Positions 14,555 to 29,384 of a stretch of DNA of 64,000 nucleotides are shown piece after piece. Location of the stretch: the NCBI GenBank assembly GCA_964016885.1, contig OZ024752.1:36580001-36644000 (forward strand), in the 5' to 3' direction. The stretch is from Eledone cirrhosa. Its lineage: Eukaryota. Both the position numbers and the translations under genes were made by a program. Numbering within the stretch: the first letter of the stretch is position 1; every line of letters starts with the position of its first letter. The notes below the pieces were generated by a model, which was not told where the DNA came from, did not search any database, and saw nothing but the letters and a program-made list of their open reading frames with translations.

Positions 14555-15228
14555 TTAAGGATGAAAAACAAAGCTAACGTCGGTGGAATCTGAACTCAGA
14601 TTATAAGGAGCTGAACAAGCATTTAACTCAGTACGGAATGACGTAGATTGCCTATTAGAAAAAATACCAAAATTTCTTTTCTGGTAAGGAATGTCACGGA
14701 GATAGAATGCCTTGTGCATCAGAAGATAGAATGAGAAATAAAAGATGAAATAAAAAGATAGAGTGAAAAGGGGAAGGAACGAGGGAAAAATGAGAAAAAG
14801 ATGACACGTGCGTATTCAGTCATAATTTTTGATGTTTTAGTGTTAAAGAATAAGAACTAATAATTGTTTCTACTTTAGGCACAAGGCCAGCAATTACCCA
14901 GTGCATTACTGGTACTTTATGAAATAAAACTATATTTAAAAAAATAAAACCCCGGGGGTGTATCGCCCTAAGCTATAGCTTATTTACTTAATAGGTAAAA
15001 TTATCACTGGGTCAAACCCTCTAAAGATTTGATTTCTTTTGGCTGCCGTGGCTTAACAAGAAGTGAGCGTGACACCCCTAGGGCGCAAGACCATTTCAGC
15101 AAACTACCACCCACGGCACGACGAAAAGGAGATAGTAAAATTGGGATTGTTATTCTGTGGTCTACGTGAGTATCGACGTTTATGTTTCCCATTTACAAAT
15201 GGAGGCAATGTTTTAGAAGTTATGATGT

Positions 15229-16590
15229 TTGCAGAAACATGACACATTACTGCACACAACATGCTGTGATGGAAATGCAGCACATTCTAGACCTGACGTA
15301 CAAAATTATCTGATACAGTCTTTATCAGTCCAGGTTTTATCAAAGACAATAGCTGAAATGAAGGTAACTGAGTACTTTGCAATAAATGTTGACTCTGCCC
15401 ATGATATCAGAAGAACTGATAAAATATATTTGTTCTTGCTATATGTCGTAATAAAAGGCGAGGCGGCTGTGAAACGATTCATACAATTCAACAAATTACC
15501 TGGAACAATATTCTTCTTTCACTTCTTTCAGTTCTTTCAAAAACTAGAGATTGTCTGAAGCTATATGTTGTGGTTAAGGCGATGTATTGACAGAGTTGTT
15601 AGAACGTCGGACAGAATACTTTGTTTCGGCTGCCTAATCTCTGAGTTCAAATTCCGCCAATGTCAACTTAGCGTTTCATTCTTTCTAGGCCGATTAAAAA
15701 AAAGTACCAGTCTAGTACTGGGGTCGATTCTTCTTCTATATTTTTTTCGAATTTCCACTCTCTCACTTTCTATCCTTCTCTGGAAGAAATTGGCTACATT
15801 CAGACCTGGAGAGGAGATGGGCTCCGCCAGGTTTTAAAATGCCCTAGAATCGCCGTATGCTACTACAGTGCTTTTACGACTCCATCAGGAGTTACGGGAC
15901 CATGCATGCATGCATATGTTGTGGTCAGTCTTACGATAGCGCAAACACCATGTTAGGAGAACTATCTGGTCTTCAAACATCGGGGACGTTGCTCAAAGTA
16001 CATCCTTTAAATACTACTTGATGCAATAAACTTCAATATTCAAAACAAGTTTATTTCTTTTAAACTCTAGAAAGTGTCGACGTTTTCCTTATCATTTTAC
16101 TTCGACTTTCAGTACTAAAACAACAATGCAATCAGATCAGACCTTTTGCACAGAGTCAAAAGAAACCCTGTGATACTGTGTGGGCGTTCAGAAAGTCTTT
16201 TAGAGTTTACTAGCTCTAGTAGTCACTCTATAAATAATTATAGATGGTGTGATTAAAAAACTGAAAAAAAAAACTGTATTCCCAAACAGATTACTGAGGC
16301 AAGGGGTATTACTGAGGCAAGGGGTGTGTTGAAAACAGTATTAATACTTCCAAATTCATAGACGTTCATATATTCCAACGTAAATTGTAAAACAAGGCTT
16401 TCTCTGTATCAAGGTGTTTACAGAAACACTATGTTGATCTGGTATCAACTTTTCATTTGATTATTCAACGTTTTGAAATGAGATATAAAGTGATAGAAAA
16501 CTTGGTAAGAATGAAGCTTACACGAAAGATCCTGTTAAAATCGCTACATACATTTCTTCATGTTGCTTTTGTCAAGCTTTAATAGAACAA
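15229..16590 (+). pseudogene. Decayed hAT-superfamily (ZMYM1/DUF4371-like) transposase interrupted by a SINE
   Basis: PDVQNYLIQ...EYFAINVDSAHDI...LFLLYV...VKRFIQF and downstream CCGQSYDSANTMLGELSGLQ resemble hAT motifs FSIIxDETTD and CRGQxYDGAxxM. Confidence 0.75.
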
Positions 16591-16666
<76 letters not shown>

Positions 16667-16889
16667 TGTAATAAACAACATAAGGCAAGTATTCCATTTA
16701 CCAGTGGTTTCTTAAAAGCAAAAGATTTTGCTTTCAATCCTCAGAATGAAAAAATCCTGGTCTATTTATTGAATTTGGATTTTAAAAACAAAAATGCAAT
16801 CTATATGAAAGTGAGGCTGGAGAAGGAAGAAGGAAAGGAAAAATAAAATAAAACTACACATGCAAACACACACACAAAAACACAAAAGC

Positions 16890-16985
<96 letters not shown>

Positions 16986-17058
16986 ATAATAAAATAATAA
17001 TATATATATATATATATTATACACACATATATATATATATATTTGATATATATATATA

Positions 17059-17161
<103 letters not shown>

Positions 17162-17172
17162 ATATATATATA

Positions 17173-17251
<79 letters not shown>

Positions 17252-17312
17252 ATATATATTTATCCTTATCGAGCCCTCTTTGGATTTTAGTCTTCAAATT
17301 TATTATTATTAC

Positions 17313-17349
<37 letters not shown>

Positions 17350-17350
17350 T

Positions 17351-18206
17351 GCATTTATCTTGCTTTATGTTTATACGAGTTATCACCAAGTCACAACCAG
17401 TGACCTCAAGAGACAACAAGGTCCGCCATGTTCAAGAAAGAACACACATATTCACACATGCATCCTTAGTGTTTAGACTTGTGATGTACTTATATTGACA
17501 GGATCTTCCTTAGTATATGGGCAGTTCCCATTAGTACTATCTTTTGTATTTCTCCTATACGCGGGTTTCCTGGGATTTGCGATAAGTAGTCGTTAGACCC
17601 CTTAGGTATCATTCCCAGAGCGCCTACAACCACTGGTATTGTTTTAGTTCTCAATTTCCACATTTTTCCAATTTCTATCTCCAGGTCCTTATACTTGCTC
17701 AATTTTTCAAATGTTTTTATAGATACATTCTTGTCTATTGGAACAGACATATCAATTAGCAGGCATACCCTCCTTTGAAAGTCCTTCAATATTATATCAG
17801 GTCTATTTGCATCTATTTTTCGGTCTGTTTGGATGCTAAAGTTCCACAAGATTGAGATGTGATCTTTTTCAAGTATGGGAGGTGGTTGATGCTCCCACCA
17901 ATTCTTTTGATGGGGCAGGTCAAAATGCTTGCACATTATCCAATGTATGTATTGTGCAGCTCTGTCATGCCTGTTTAGGTATTCGGTTGGAGCTATAGGA
18001 CTGCACATTGAAATTATATGGTCAATGGTCTCTGGTTGTTTTTTGCATACACGGCATAATGGGCTGCACCCATTTTTTATTATGTTGGCTTGGTAATTTT
18101 TTGTTGGCAGACACTGATCTTGTGCGGATATAATCAGTCCTTCAGTCTCCGATTTCAGTCCAGAGGATGCCAACCACTGATGGGTTAAAGTTTTGTCAAC
18201 ATCAGG

Positions 18207-18208
<2 letters not shown>
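17351..18208 (-). mobile_element. 5'-truncated R4/Dong-type RLE non-LTR retrotransposon in (TAA)n
   Basis: ETEG..AQDQ, CRVC..ETIDHIISMC zinc knuckle, RHD, RPD..LID..K..KY endonuclease motifs; (TTA)n on both sides. Confidence 0.9.
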
Positions 18209-18247
<39 letters not shown>

Positions 18248-18249
<2 letters not shown>

Positions 18250-18785
18250 GTGAGGATTGCCCCGCCCTCTTCCTTTAACCGGGAAGGGCAGGCAGTTTTT
18301 ATTTGCCTGGTGGCCATGGCGAAAGAGATAGTATGGTGGACACGTTTGAAAGGGCTGAAGACGAGCACTTACCTCTTCGGTGATGCCCTGATTGACTTTT
18401 TCAAATTTCATTTGAAAAGGAAGATCAGAGTAGAGAGGGAAGTGCTCTCTTCCCAGCATTTTGTTGAAAGATGGGTGAGAGAAGCAAGAATGGCCCGAGT
18501 ATGTATCTGTAAATCTGAGTATGTATCTGTAAATTAAAGGTGGAAAACTGGGAGCGGGCACTTGCCTTGGTGGTCAGGGTCACTGTGGCCTTTTACTGGG
18601 CTTTCTCCACAAATGTCCCTCCGAAGTCTCCCCCCTATTGGGGAATTTTTCATTGTTATTTTTTTGTTACATCCTCTGTTTTTGTTTTTTTACACGCAGA
18701 AATGCCCATTTGTACCGTACTGTATTGTCCTGCACTGTCCTTAATGTCTACTTTATGTAAACCCTTGGGGTTAATAAAGAAAACA
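18248..18785 (+). mobile_element. Tx1/L1-like LINE 3' end
   Basis: LVAMAKEIVWWTR...FFKFHLKRKIRVE...FVERW resembles the L1/Tx1 ORF2 C-terminus; 3' UTR ends aataaa then (ATT)n. Confidence 0.65.
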
Positions 18786-19776
18786 TTATTATTATTATTA
18801 TTATTAATATATATGTATTAATATATATATATATATAAATGTATATATATATATGTGTGTGTATATATATATACCTCTTGCCCCCACCGAATATTAAGCT
18901 CTTTCTTCTACTTTAAACCTATTAGCTAGCACTTTCTTAATTCTCCAGTTGGGCTATCTTGTGTAACTGTCTCTTATTGTGTGTAATTGTTTCCTATTGT
19001 TTGTCTTCTATGTATATGAGTCTGGGTGTGTATATGTATGCCTGCGGGAGAATATTGATCTGGATATTGAGGTGTACAGGTGAGTTAGTGTGTATGTTAA
19101 TAAGCACCCCTGTTTGGCACAGTGGATGTGACCCATCCACGCTCGCCTAGCCACCCTTAGTGCACTGGTGGGTCTATCCCAACGTGTATTTTACGGATCT
19201 GTACCTCTGTATGCGCATGAGTTATGATGTAATATATCTATGTAGAGCGTGTACTGCGCTATAAGTTGCACAAATGGAAATCTAGCCTGTAACTGTGAGC
19301 GCACCTGTGCCATCTCGCCGTGAGCAGTAGATACGTAGCACATGCACGTGTTACCCTCCTATTCTGTGGTTTAAGATCTACAGGCTGACTTCGGGGAGCT
19401 CTTGCCCGGTGTTGTAGTCTTTCTAGCACAATCGGCCTTCCATATATTGACGGTCGTTGTTATTATCCCCAAAACAACGTTTTGGCCCCGATAGCCCTCC
19501 GTAGTTATTAACGGTCTGTTTACACTTGAATCGGGTGACTACACGTGTGGACATGCATCTCTTCGTAAGAATTTACTTCGATTAATTTTGCTGGGAAAAA
19601 AATATATTATCTGTGACCAGTGTGAGCGACTGTTGTGGGTTCTGCCTTTTGTTAGCCTAATAAGATATTTCTGTGTATTATATCCGCTTTGACCCGGGTG
19701 TCCTACGCTGTGTGTGTGTGCGTGTGTGTCTGTATATACATTTATATGTGTATGAGTGTAGGTGGTTGTATATGTC

Positions 19777-19816
<40 letters not shown>

Positions 19817-21270
19817 GTCTCTATATATGCATGTGGTGTGTGTATATGCATATACGTACTAACCATATTGTTGTGTATATTCTTGGGATGCCTCAATGTT
19901 GTGATTTCATGGATATTGGCTTTTGAAGCTATTTTTTATATGCGCTGTTGAGTATGCATATTAACCCGCCTAACCCAACTGTATTTGCTTGCTTTCGGCT
20001 AGCCCACCTGCACTTGCTTGCTTTCGGCCCACTTATCTGCCTCTTGATGTTCATGTTGATGTAAACGAATTTGCTTGCTACCTTGTGACGTTGTGACACT
20101 CAGTTATCTGCCCATGGATGTTCCTGCGGCTGCATGTGAATTTACCTACCTTCCTTGCATACGTCCTTGCTAGTGATGTGGATATACTTCTGTTGACCAA
20201 TAGATTCCTGCCCGAGTGTGAACCTTTTGTGATTGCCCCACCGCTCAACTGTGTGAATGCACACCCGTGACTTTCGAGTGTGAACTTCTGTGACTGCCAA
20301 ACCTGGGATGTCTCCATTGCATTGCAATGGTCAACTCAATCGAGTGTGGACATAGCACCTGTTGATTATAAATCTCATTTGAACATTTGATTGTTGTGAT
20401 ATGGCTAACTGTAACACTTAAGGCGTTGGTGTGCCCCTGATATATTCAAGAAATATATTCAAAAAATATATATCTTATCTCACTTTACTTTATTTTATTT
20501 TATTTCATTGTATTTTATTTTATATAATTTTATTTTATTTATTCTTTACCCTTTATCTTTATTATCTGTATATTTTATATATATATTTTTTATATTTTAT
20601 ATTTTTTTATATATATATATATATTTTTATATATATATTTTTTCATATATATTTTTTTATATATATTATTTGTCTATTTTTTATCTATTTTTTATCTATT
20701 TTTTATCTATTTTTATCTACTCTTATCTATCTTATCTATTTTTGTCTATTCCTTATCTATTCTCTATCTCTTATCCATGGTTAATCTATTTTTTTATCTA
20801 TGGTTAATCTATTTTTATCCTTTGTTTATCTTACTTTTACCCATTGTATTTTTACCCATTGTATATCCACCATTTATTTCTTAGCTTTTGCATACTCGTC
20901 CATGATATGTTATTTGTATTAGTCTATACTATATGTGTTGCATATGGCTGCCTATTGTGTGGTTGCATGCGGGTGCTCATGCTTATGCGTATACTTGTAT
21001 GTAACTGTTTGTTAACAGCACCCTGCCCAACTGTGACTGATAGCACCTCTTATTTTTCAATGCTTATTTTTCAATGTTTATTTTTTATTTCTTCAATGTT
21101 TATTATTTATTTTTTTACTTTTTTTACTTTTCACTATTCTTTATCCTCCAATTTTATTTTGTACACTCTATTTACTCTACTCTTTAAACCCCTCCCAACT
21201 TATGGCATCCCCATATATATTCTTCTGTCTTGGCTTTGTTATTGCTTGTGTAATATGTAATCACTCTTTG

Positions 21271-21316
21271 TGCTCTGATGAGTCCCACTTATAGTGTGGA
21301 CGAAACACTGTTAGCA
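21271..21316 (+). ncRNA. Minimal type I hammerhead at the 3' end of a long TA-bounded element
   Basis: tgct CTGATGA gtcccac-ttata-gtgtggac GAAA c-act-GTT agca. Confidence 0.85.
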
Positions 21317-21554
21317 AGTAAAGATATACCTATGCTCTAAGCGTTCTTTGTTGTTGATTATATTACGGCTCTGTCCTCAGACATCGAGCTAACCTTATAC
21401 TGCCTATTGGATAAGTGGAGTGTTACACACTCCTAATCCCCTCCCTTATATACTATATATATATATATATATATAAATTAAGAAGAAACAGGGACTGTGT
21501 AGTTGGTGGATAAGGTGTACTTATAAATAAGAGGAAAGCACGAAAGGGAGAACA

Positions 21555-21661
21555 TTTTCCTTCATCAGTTGTCTGTTGGGGATCATGGATATTTCTACGC
21601 ATTAAAGACAAGATATCTAAGCCCAGTGCGTCAATAACTAAAGGAAGTTATTGGGGGAAAA
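21555..21661 (-). ncRNA. Non-circularly permuted hammerhead candidate, copy 1
   Basis: Minus strand: ttttcc..caataact/agttattg, acgca, tggg, gatATC ttgtct ttaa tgcgt a GAAA tatc..ccca..agacaa CTGATGA aggaaaa. Confidence 0.75.
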
Positions 21662-22237
21662 AGGGAGAGAGAGAGAAAATATATAACAGAAGGGGAAAGG
21701 GGGGGAAAAAGCGAAAAAAAAAACGGAAAACAACAAACTGAAGGGGGAAACCCGAAGCACATGTGTGTGAGCAGCTCGAAGAGAGAGAAGAAATTAAAGT
21801 CGACATCAACTACTGAACTTAAATCTGAGGCTGTGTAGACGAGAAATAAAAACACGTCTGACCTCCTCAAGAGTAACTGAGAAAGAGACAGCGAGAGGAA
21901 CAGGCGAGAAAAACAGCGAGGTGGCTAGCAGAGAGGGTGAGAGTAAAAGTGAGAGGGAGAAAGGGAGAGAGAGAAAGAAGGGGGAAGAATTGATAGCAAC
22001 AAAAGTGAGAGGGAGAAAGAGAGAACAGGTCACTGCAAAACTTGATAAAAATTAATATATATATATATATGTGTGTGTGTGTGTATATATGTATATATAC
22101 ACACACACACATACATACATACATATATAGATCTACAAAACCAAATTGTAAAACCATAATTAAATTAAATTGTTAAATTGTTTAGAACATCAGGCGAAGT
22201 CATTCTTTTCCTTTATATATATATATATATATATAGG

Positions 22238-22414
22238 TACGTTATTCCGGGTTGAATCGGAGGTAACCACAGTAAGTAAGGTACTCAATACATTGCAGAG
22301 TATAAAAGTTTTAATATAGATGAGATTCTACAGGACTAGAACTGTTTCATTCTTTAGAAGATGATTTCTAAAGAATGAAACAGTTCTAGTCCTGTAGAAT
22401 CTCATCTATATTAA

Positions 22415-22418
<4 letters not shown>
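22238..22418. mobile_element. Family A fold-back copy (core broken at the fold)
   Basis: Inverted arms around ...ctttagaagatgatttctaaag...; family A tail on the left arm. Confidence 0.75.
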
Positions 22419-22451
<33 letters not shown>

Positions 22452-22456
<5 letters not shown>

Positions 22457-22580
22457 TAAAATAACAGATTAAAGTCTAAGCAAAGAATCGCTGCTCTACG
22501 GTTCTTATATATTTGATATATATATTTATCCTTATCGAGCCCTCTTTGGATTTTAGTCTTCAAATTTATTATTATTACTA
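22452..22580. mobile_element. TA-embedded family G fragment
   Basis: Same sequence at 17250-17305, 37068-37305 and 43900-44095. Confidence 0.7.
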
Positions 22581-22965
22581 TATATATATGTAATACAATC
22601 ATACATATAAATTTGTTGATCTTCATAACCACACACTAACTCACCCACATAGTTTTAAGTAGAATAATAAGTATTGAATTTCGTCTCGAGGCTATTTCGA
22701 GAAATGCGTCCTTCACATTAAATGTCCACTCCACAAAACCAATACAATCATTTCTAATTTTAAATTTCTTTTGTTTTCCTTATAATTTAGTAGCGGTTTC
22801 TATCATACATTGCTCGACAATGTTAATTATTTATTACCAGGAGCGGACTTTGACCTGCTGAGACCCTAACCTATATGAAATTTGAGACTCTTCTCTAAAA
22901 AAATTTGACAGCAAATTCCGATCTGTAAATTGCTGTCGAAACGGCAAGAGCTCAGTCGTCGGGTC

Positions 22966-24071
<1,106 letters not shown>

Positions 24072-24151
24072 TATATATATATATATGTATATATATATCT
24101 ATATATTTATATATATCTATATATATCTATATATCTATATATCTATATATA

Positions 24152-24223
<72 letters not shown>

Positions 24224-24224
24224 A

Positions 24225-24455
24225 GTATGTATACGTACATACATATATGTATACAGACGCACAGTAGTATGTACATATATATACATACATGCACACACAT
24301 ATACATGTACGTATGGATTAACCGAACATTTATTATAATGCTCGGTGTGTTTGTAAACAAACATCCCGAATTAAGCCGTACAGTGTCGAGCAACCATCGT
24401 TGCTCATTTGTTCAACACTGACAAAGGAACGCTGTACTAGTTTCAAGCTTATTAG

Positions 24456-24457
<2 letters not shown>
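24225..24457 (-). mobile_element. Diverged truncated copy of the 23.1-kb family
   Basis: Shares ...ttgttcaacactgac...gtactagtttcaagctt, ending inside stem II at (TA)n. Confidence 0.7.
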
Positions 24458-24499
<42 letters not shown>

Positions 24500-24505
<6 letters not shown>

Positions 24506-25361
24506 TTAGTTAAGCAAAACAGGACCACAAATTTCACAAGGAAGACATTATTAAAAGATTGCCAACATAGTTTTAGTTTATTGTAAGGAATGTAGAGAAT
24601 AATAATAATAATAATATTTATAATGTCCGTTTACAATTGTTTCGCTACTCCATATAATGTTTCTGGATCAAATGATTATAGATCATTATTGATCTGGTTC
24701 AGTTGAAGATAATTAACCTAGGTAAAATTAGAGCAGCTCATCGGAACTTCAAAAGGAATATATATTAAAATAAAGAAAGAATGTTACATGAATGTAATGT
24801 TCCATATATTGGTATTTCACTATGGTGTCCTGGGTATATCTATTGTCTGCCATAGTCGAGCAATATTCTTTTGTCGAGGCTGCATTGTCTGAGATCTGCC
24901 TATGGGTAACAAGATGGCCGCCAATGGACATATTCACCTTACTAATTAGAGGGTGGTTTCAGGGGAAGTAACTCCTCTAGAAATTAGAAATTGTGGGTAG
25001 TTTATAGTTAAGAAGTGCTAATTTTTTTTATTATGGAGTAGCGAAACAATTGTAAACGGACATTATTAATATTATTATTATTCTCTACATTCCTTACATT
25101 AAACTAAAAATATGTTGACAATCTTTTAATAATGTCTTCCTTGTGAAATTTGTGGTCTTGTTTTGCTTAACTAATGAATATTTCCAGCTCTGTGCACCTA
25201 ACCTCTGTATGAACCCAGCCACCTAGCTGCCTTCCACTGCACATTGCACATTGAACACATGCCTTTACGCTTTGGCTTCTAACTAATTCACCAATCTCTC
25301 CTCTCCTCTCCTATCTCCTCTCCTATCTCCATATCTTTCTTTAAGATTGGTTACTCTTGAA

Positions 25362-25365
<4 letters not shown>
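24500..25365. mobile_element. Inverted-repeat element carrying a hammerhead with expanded stem II (- 24629-24747)
   Basis: Arms 24500-24655 and 25031-25181; minus strand gtt CCGATGA gctgctc-(~90 nt)-gagtagc GAAA c-aatt-GTA aac. Confidence 0.7.
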
Positions 25366-25420
<55 letters not shown>

Positions 25421-25736
25421 TATATGTACGCTCTCATAAATACAAAGTTTGTTTTATAAATATTGACATAACCAAGAAAAAATACCTAAACGGTTCAAGT
25501 TTTTCCTGAATATCCTTTTGCTTATATATATATATATATATATATAAATAAGCAAAAAAAAAAAATAATATATATATATATATATATATAGTTAAAGATA
25601 TATATATTAAGATATATCGTTTCTGAATTTATTTAGCAAGATTATTTATCTGAAAACGTGTGTTGAAACCGATATGCAACTGGTGCCTGTGTTTCTTATT
25701 GGCAACATGATCCTCCAAAAGTATAACAATATTAAG

Positions 25737-26497
<761 letters not shown>

Positions 26498-26511
26498 ATG
26501 TGTAGCGTGAA

Positions 26512-27289
<778 letters not shown>

Positions 27290-27349
27290 TTATATATATA
27301 TATATATGTATTTATATATATATATATGTATGTATATATATATATATAT

Positions 27350-27677
27350 GCAAAAGTTTTATTTAAAATTGTTGTGTTACAACAAGTAAATATTTTATAA
27401 CTGATATAAAGCACTCGACAAGTTTTTGGAGTAGATATACGATATTAAACAAATGGAAACTATATTTATAAAACCATATTTATTTCATTATACATATTTC
27501 AGACTACCAAGGCAGCTTCCTAATTTAATGGTCGCTTATATTATGGTACGTCAAAATTATTTATAAAACTGTTTATATATTGTATTTTATCTGACGAAGG
27601 CATGCCATATTTTTAATATGGTATCCCTGAAATATGTATAATGAAATAAATATGGTTTTATAAATATAGTTTCCAAA
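27350..27677. mobile_element. Family C fold-back element (hammerhead + 27585-27646)
   Basis: ttttat CTGACGA agg...cct GAAA tatgt ATA atgaaa. Confidence 0.8.
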
Positions 27678-27831
27678 TATAGTTTCCAGATGTGAGAAAA
27701 ACCACAGACCCTCCATCTCAACTCACCTTTTGAAAAGCAGAAGAACTGCGAAACCGGTAAAGGAACCAAATAAATATATATATTTAAAAAAAAATAAGAC
27801 TCCAGTTGCATTTTCGATTTCATCTCTTTTT

Positions 27832-27933
<102 letters not shown>

Positions 27934-28004
27934 GTATATATATAACAAAGAGGATCTAGTTGTCGAAACGGCCGGAGCTCAGCTGTCGGGGTCCTGACTC
28001 TTTT

Positions 28005-28054
<50 letters not shown>

Positions 28055-28057
<3 letters not shown>

Positions 28058-29017
28058 TCTTCTAACTTTGATTTTGTACCTAATTGTGTATGGTTGACGA
28101 TATATCTAATCGATTTCCACGTGCTATTAGAAATGCTGGGTAACTATTCTATAGCTGTTGATCGCGGATAGATAGCTATCGTTTATTTATCTATTATTTC
28201 TTCATAGGTGCCTTTTAATCTTATAGCCTTGTTTAATTGGTTTATTGTGTGGTTGATTATGCTGATTGGGAGAGGAAATGATGTATGTATTTTATCAAAT
28301 GATTCTATGATTTATTGTATATTGCTCTGATTGTTGATTATTTAATTAATTAATTCGTCATTGAGCCACATCGTGAATGGTCGCCAAAAACATATATATA
28401 TGACTTTGTCTAGTTTATGTATATGTAAATCTTTATATTTGATAATCTCCCATATGGTTGAGATGCAATTTTAGGCAGTATTAGGCTGCGCTTTCTAGTA
28501 ACCAGCCCACTCGCCGTAAGGCACCAATCACATTCTTTCTGACTTGACCACTGGCCACGTCACAGTTCTTAGCCATTTTGAATTCGTTTCTGGCGGGGAT
28601 CATTTAAGAAAAATCTTCGTTCTCTTGAGTTTGTTTCCAGATGATTTCGAAACTCGTGATTTATCCTTGATCGGATATTTCCAAAAAGCGAATGAAATCT
28701 CATAGGGTAGAAACATAATTTTGGTATGCTTATATACATTTTTTCTTCTAACTTTGATTTTGTACCTAATTGTGTATGGTTGACGATATATCTAATCGAT
28801 TTCCACGTTTCCGCTATTAGAAATGGTGGGTAAATATTCCATAGCTGTTGATCGCGGATAGATAGCTATCGTTTATTTATTTATTTATCTGTTATTTCTT
28901 CATAGGTGCCTTTTAATCTTATAGCCTTGTTTAGTTGTTTTTTTGTGTGGTTGATTATGCTGATTGGGAGAAGAAATGATGTATATATTTTATCAAATAA
29001 TTCTATGGACATACTTT

Positions 29018-29022
<5 letters not shown>
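28055..29022 (+). mobile_element. Partial-tandem element, period ~690 bp, with variant hammerhead 28632-28715
   Basis: Direct repeat ~28055-28320 vs ~28738-29022; tgtttc CAGATGA tttcg...cgaat GAAA tct-cata-ggG TA gaaaca. Confidence 0.75.
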
Positions 29023-29061
<39 letters not shown>

Positions 29062-29063
29062 CG

Positions 29064-29163
<100 letters not shown>

Positions 29164-29384
29164 CATGTAACGGTATAAAGATTTGTAGGTATTACTACGA
29201 ACACAACCAGGTTCTAGATGTAAACACATTAATTAGATAATTATTGGTATAGCCTTCTTGTACTTATCCCCTTTTTTTCCTTCAAATATAATTAAAAATT
29301 TCTGACGTCTCACTGTTTTGTCACTTCATACCATTGAATATTTCATCATATTTGGCAATCCTTTCATAACAGCTTGATATAGAC

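Noticed and set aside
18209-18368. N-terminal extension of the 292-aa RLE ORF
   Set aside because: Runs through (TAA)n into the antisense of the neighbouring Tx1-like fragment.
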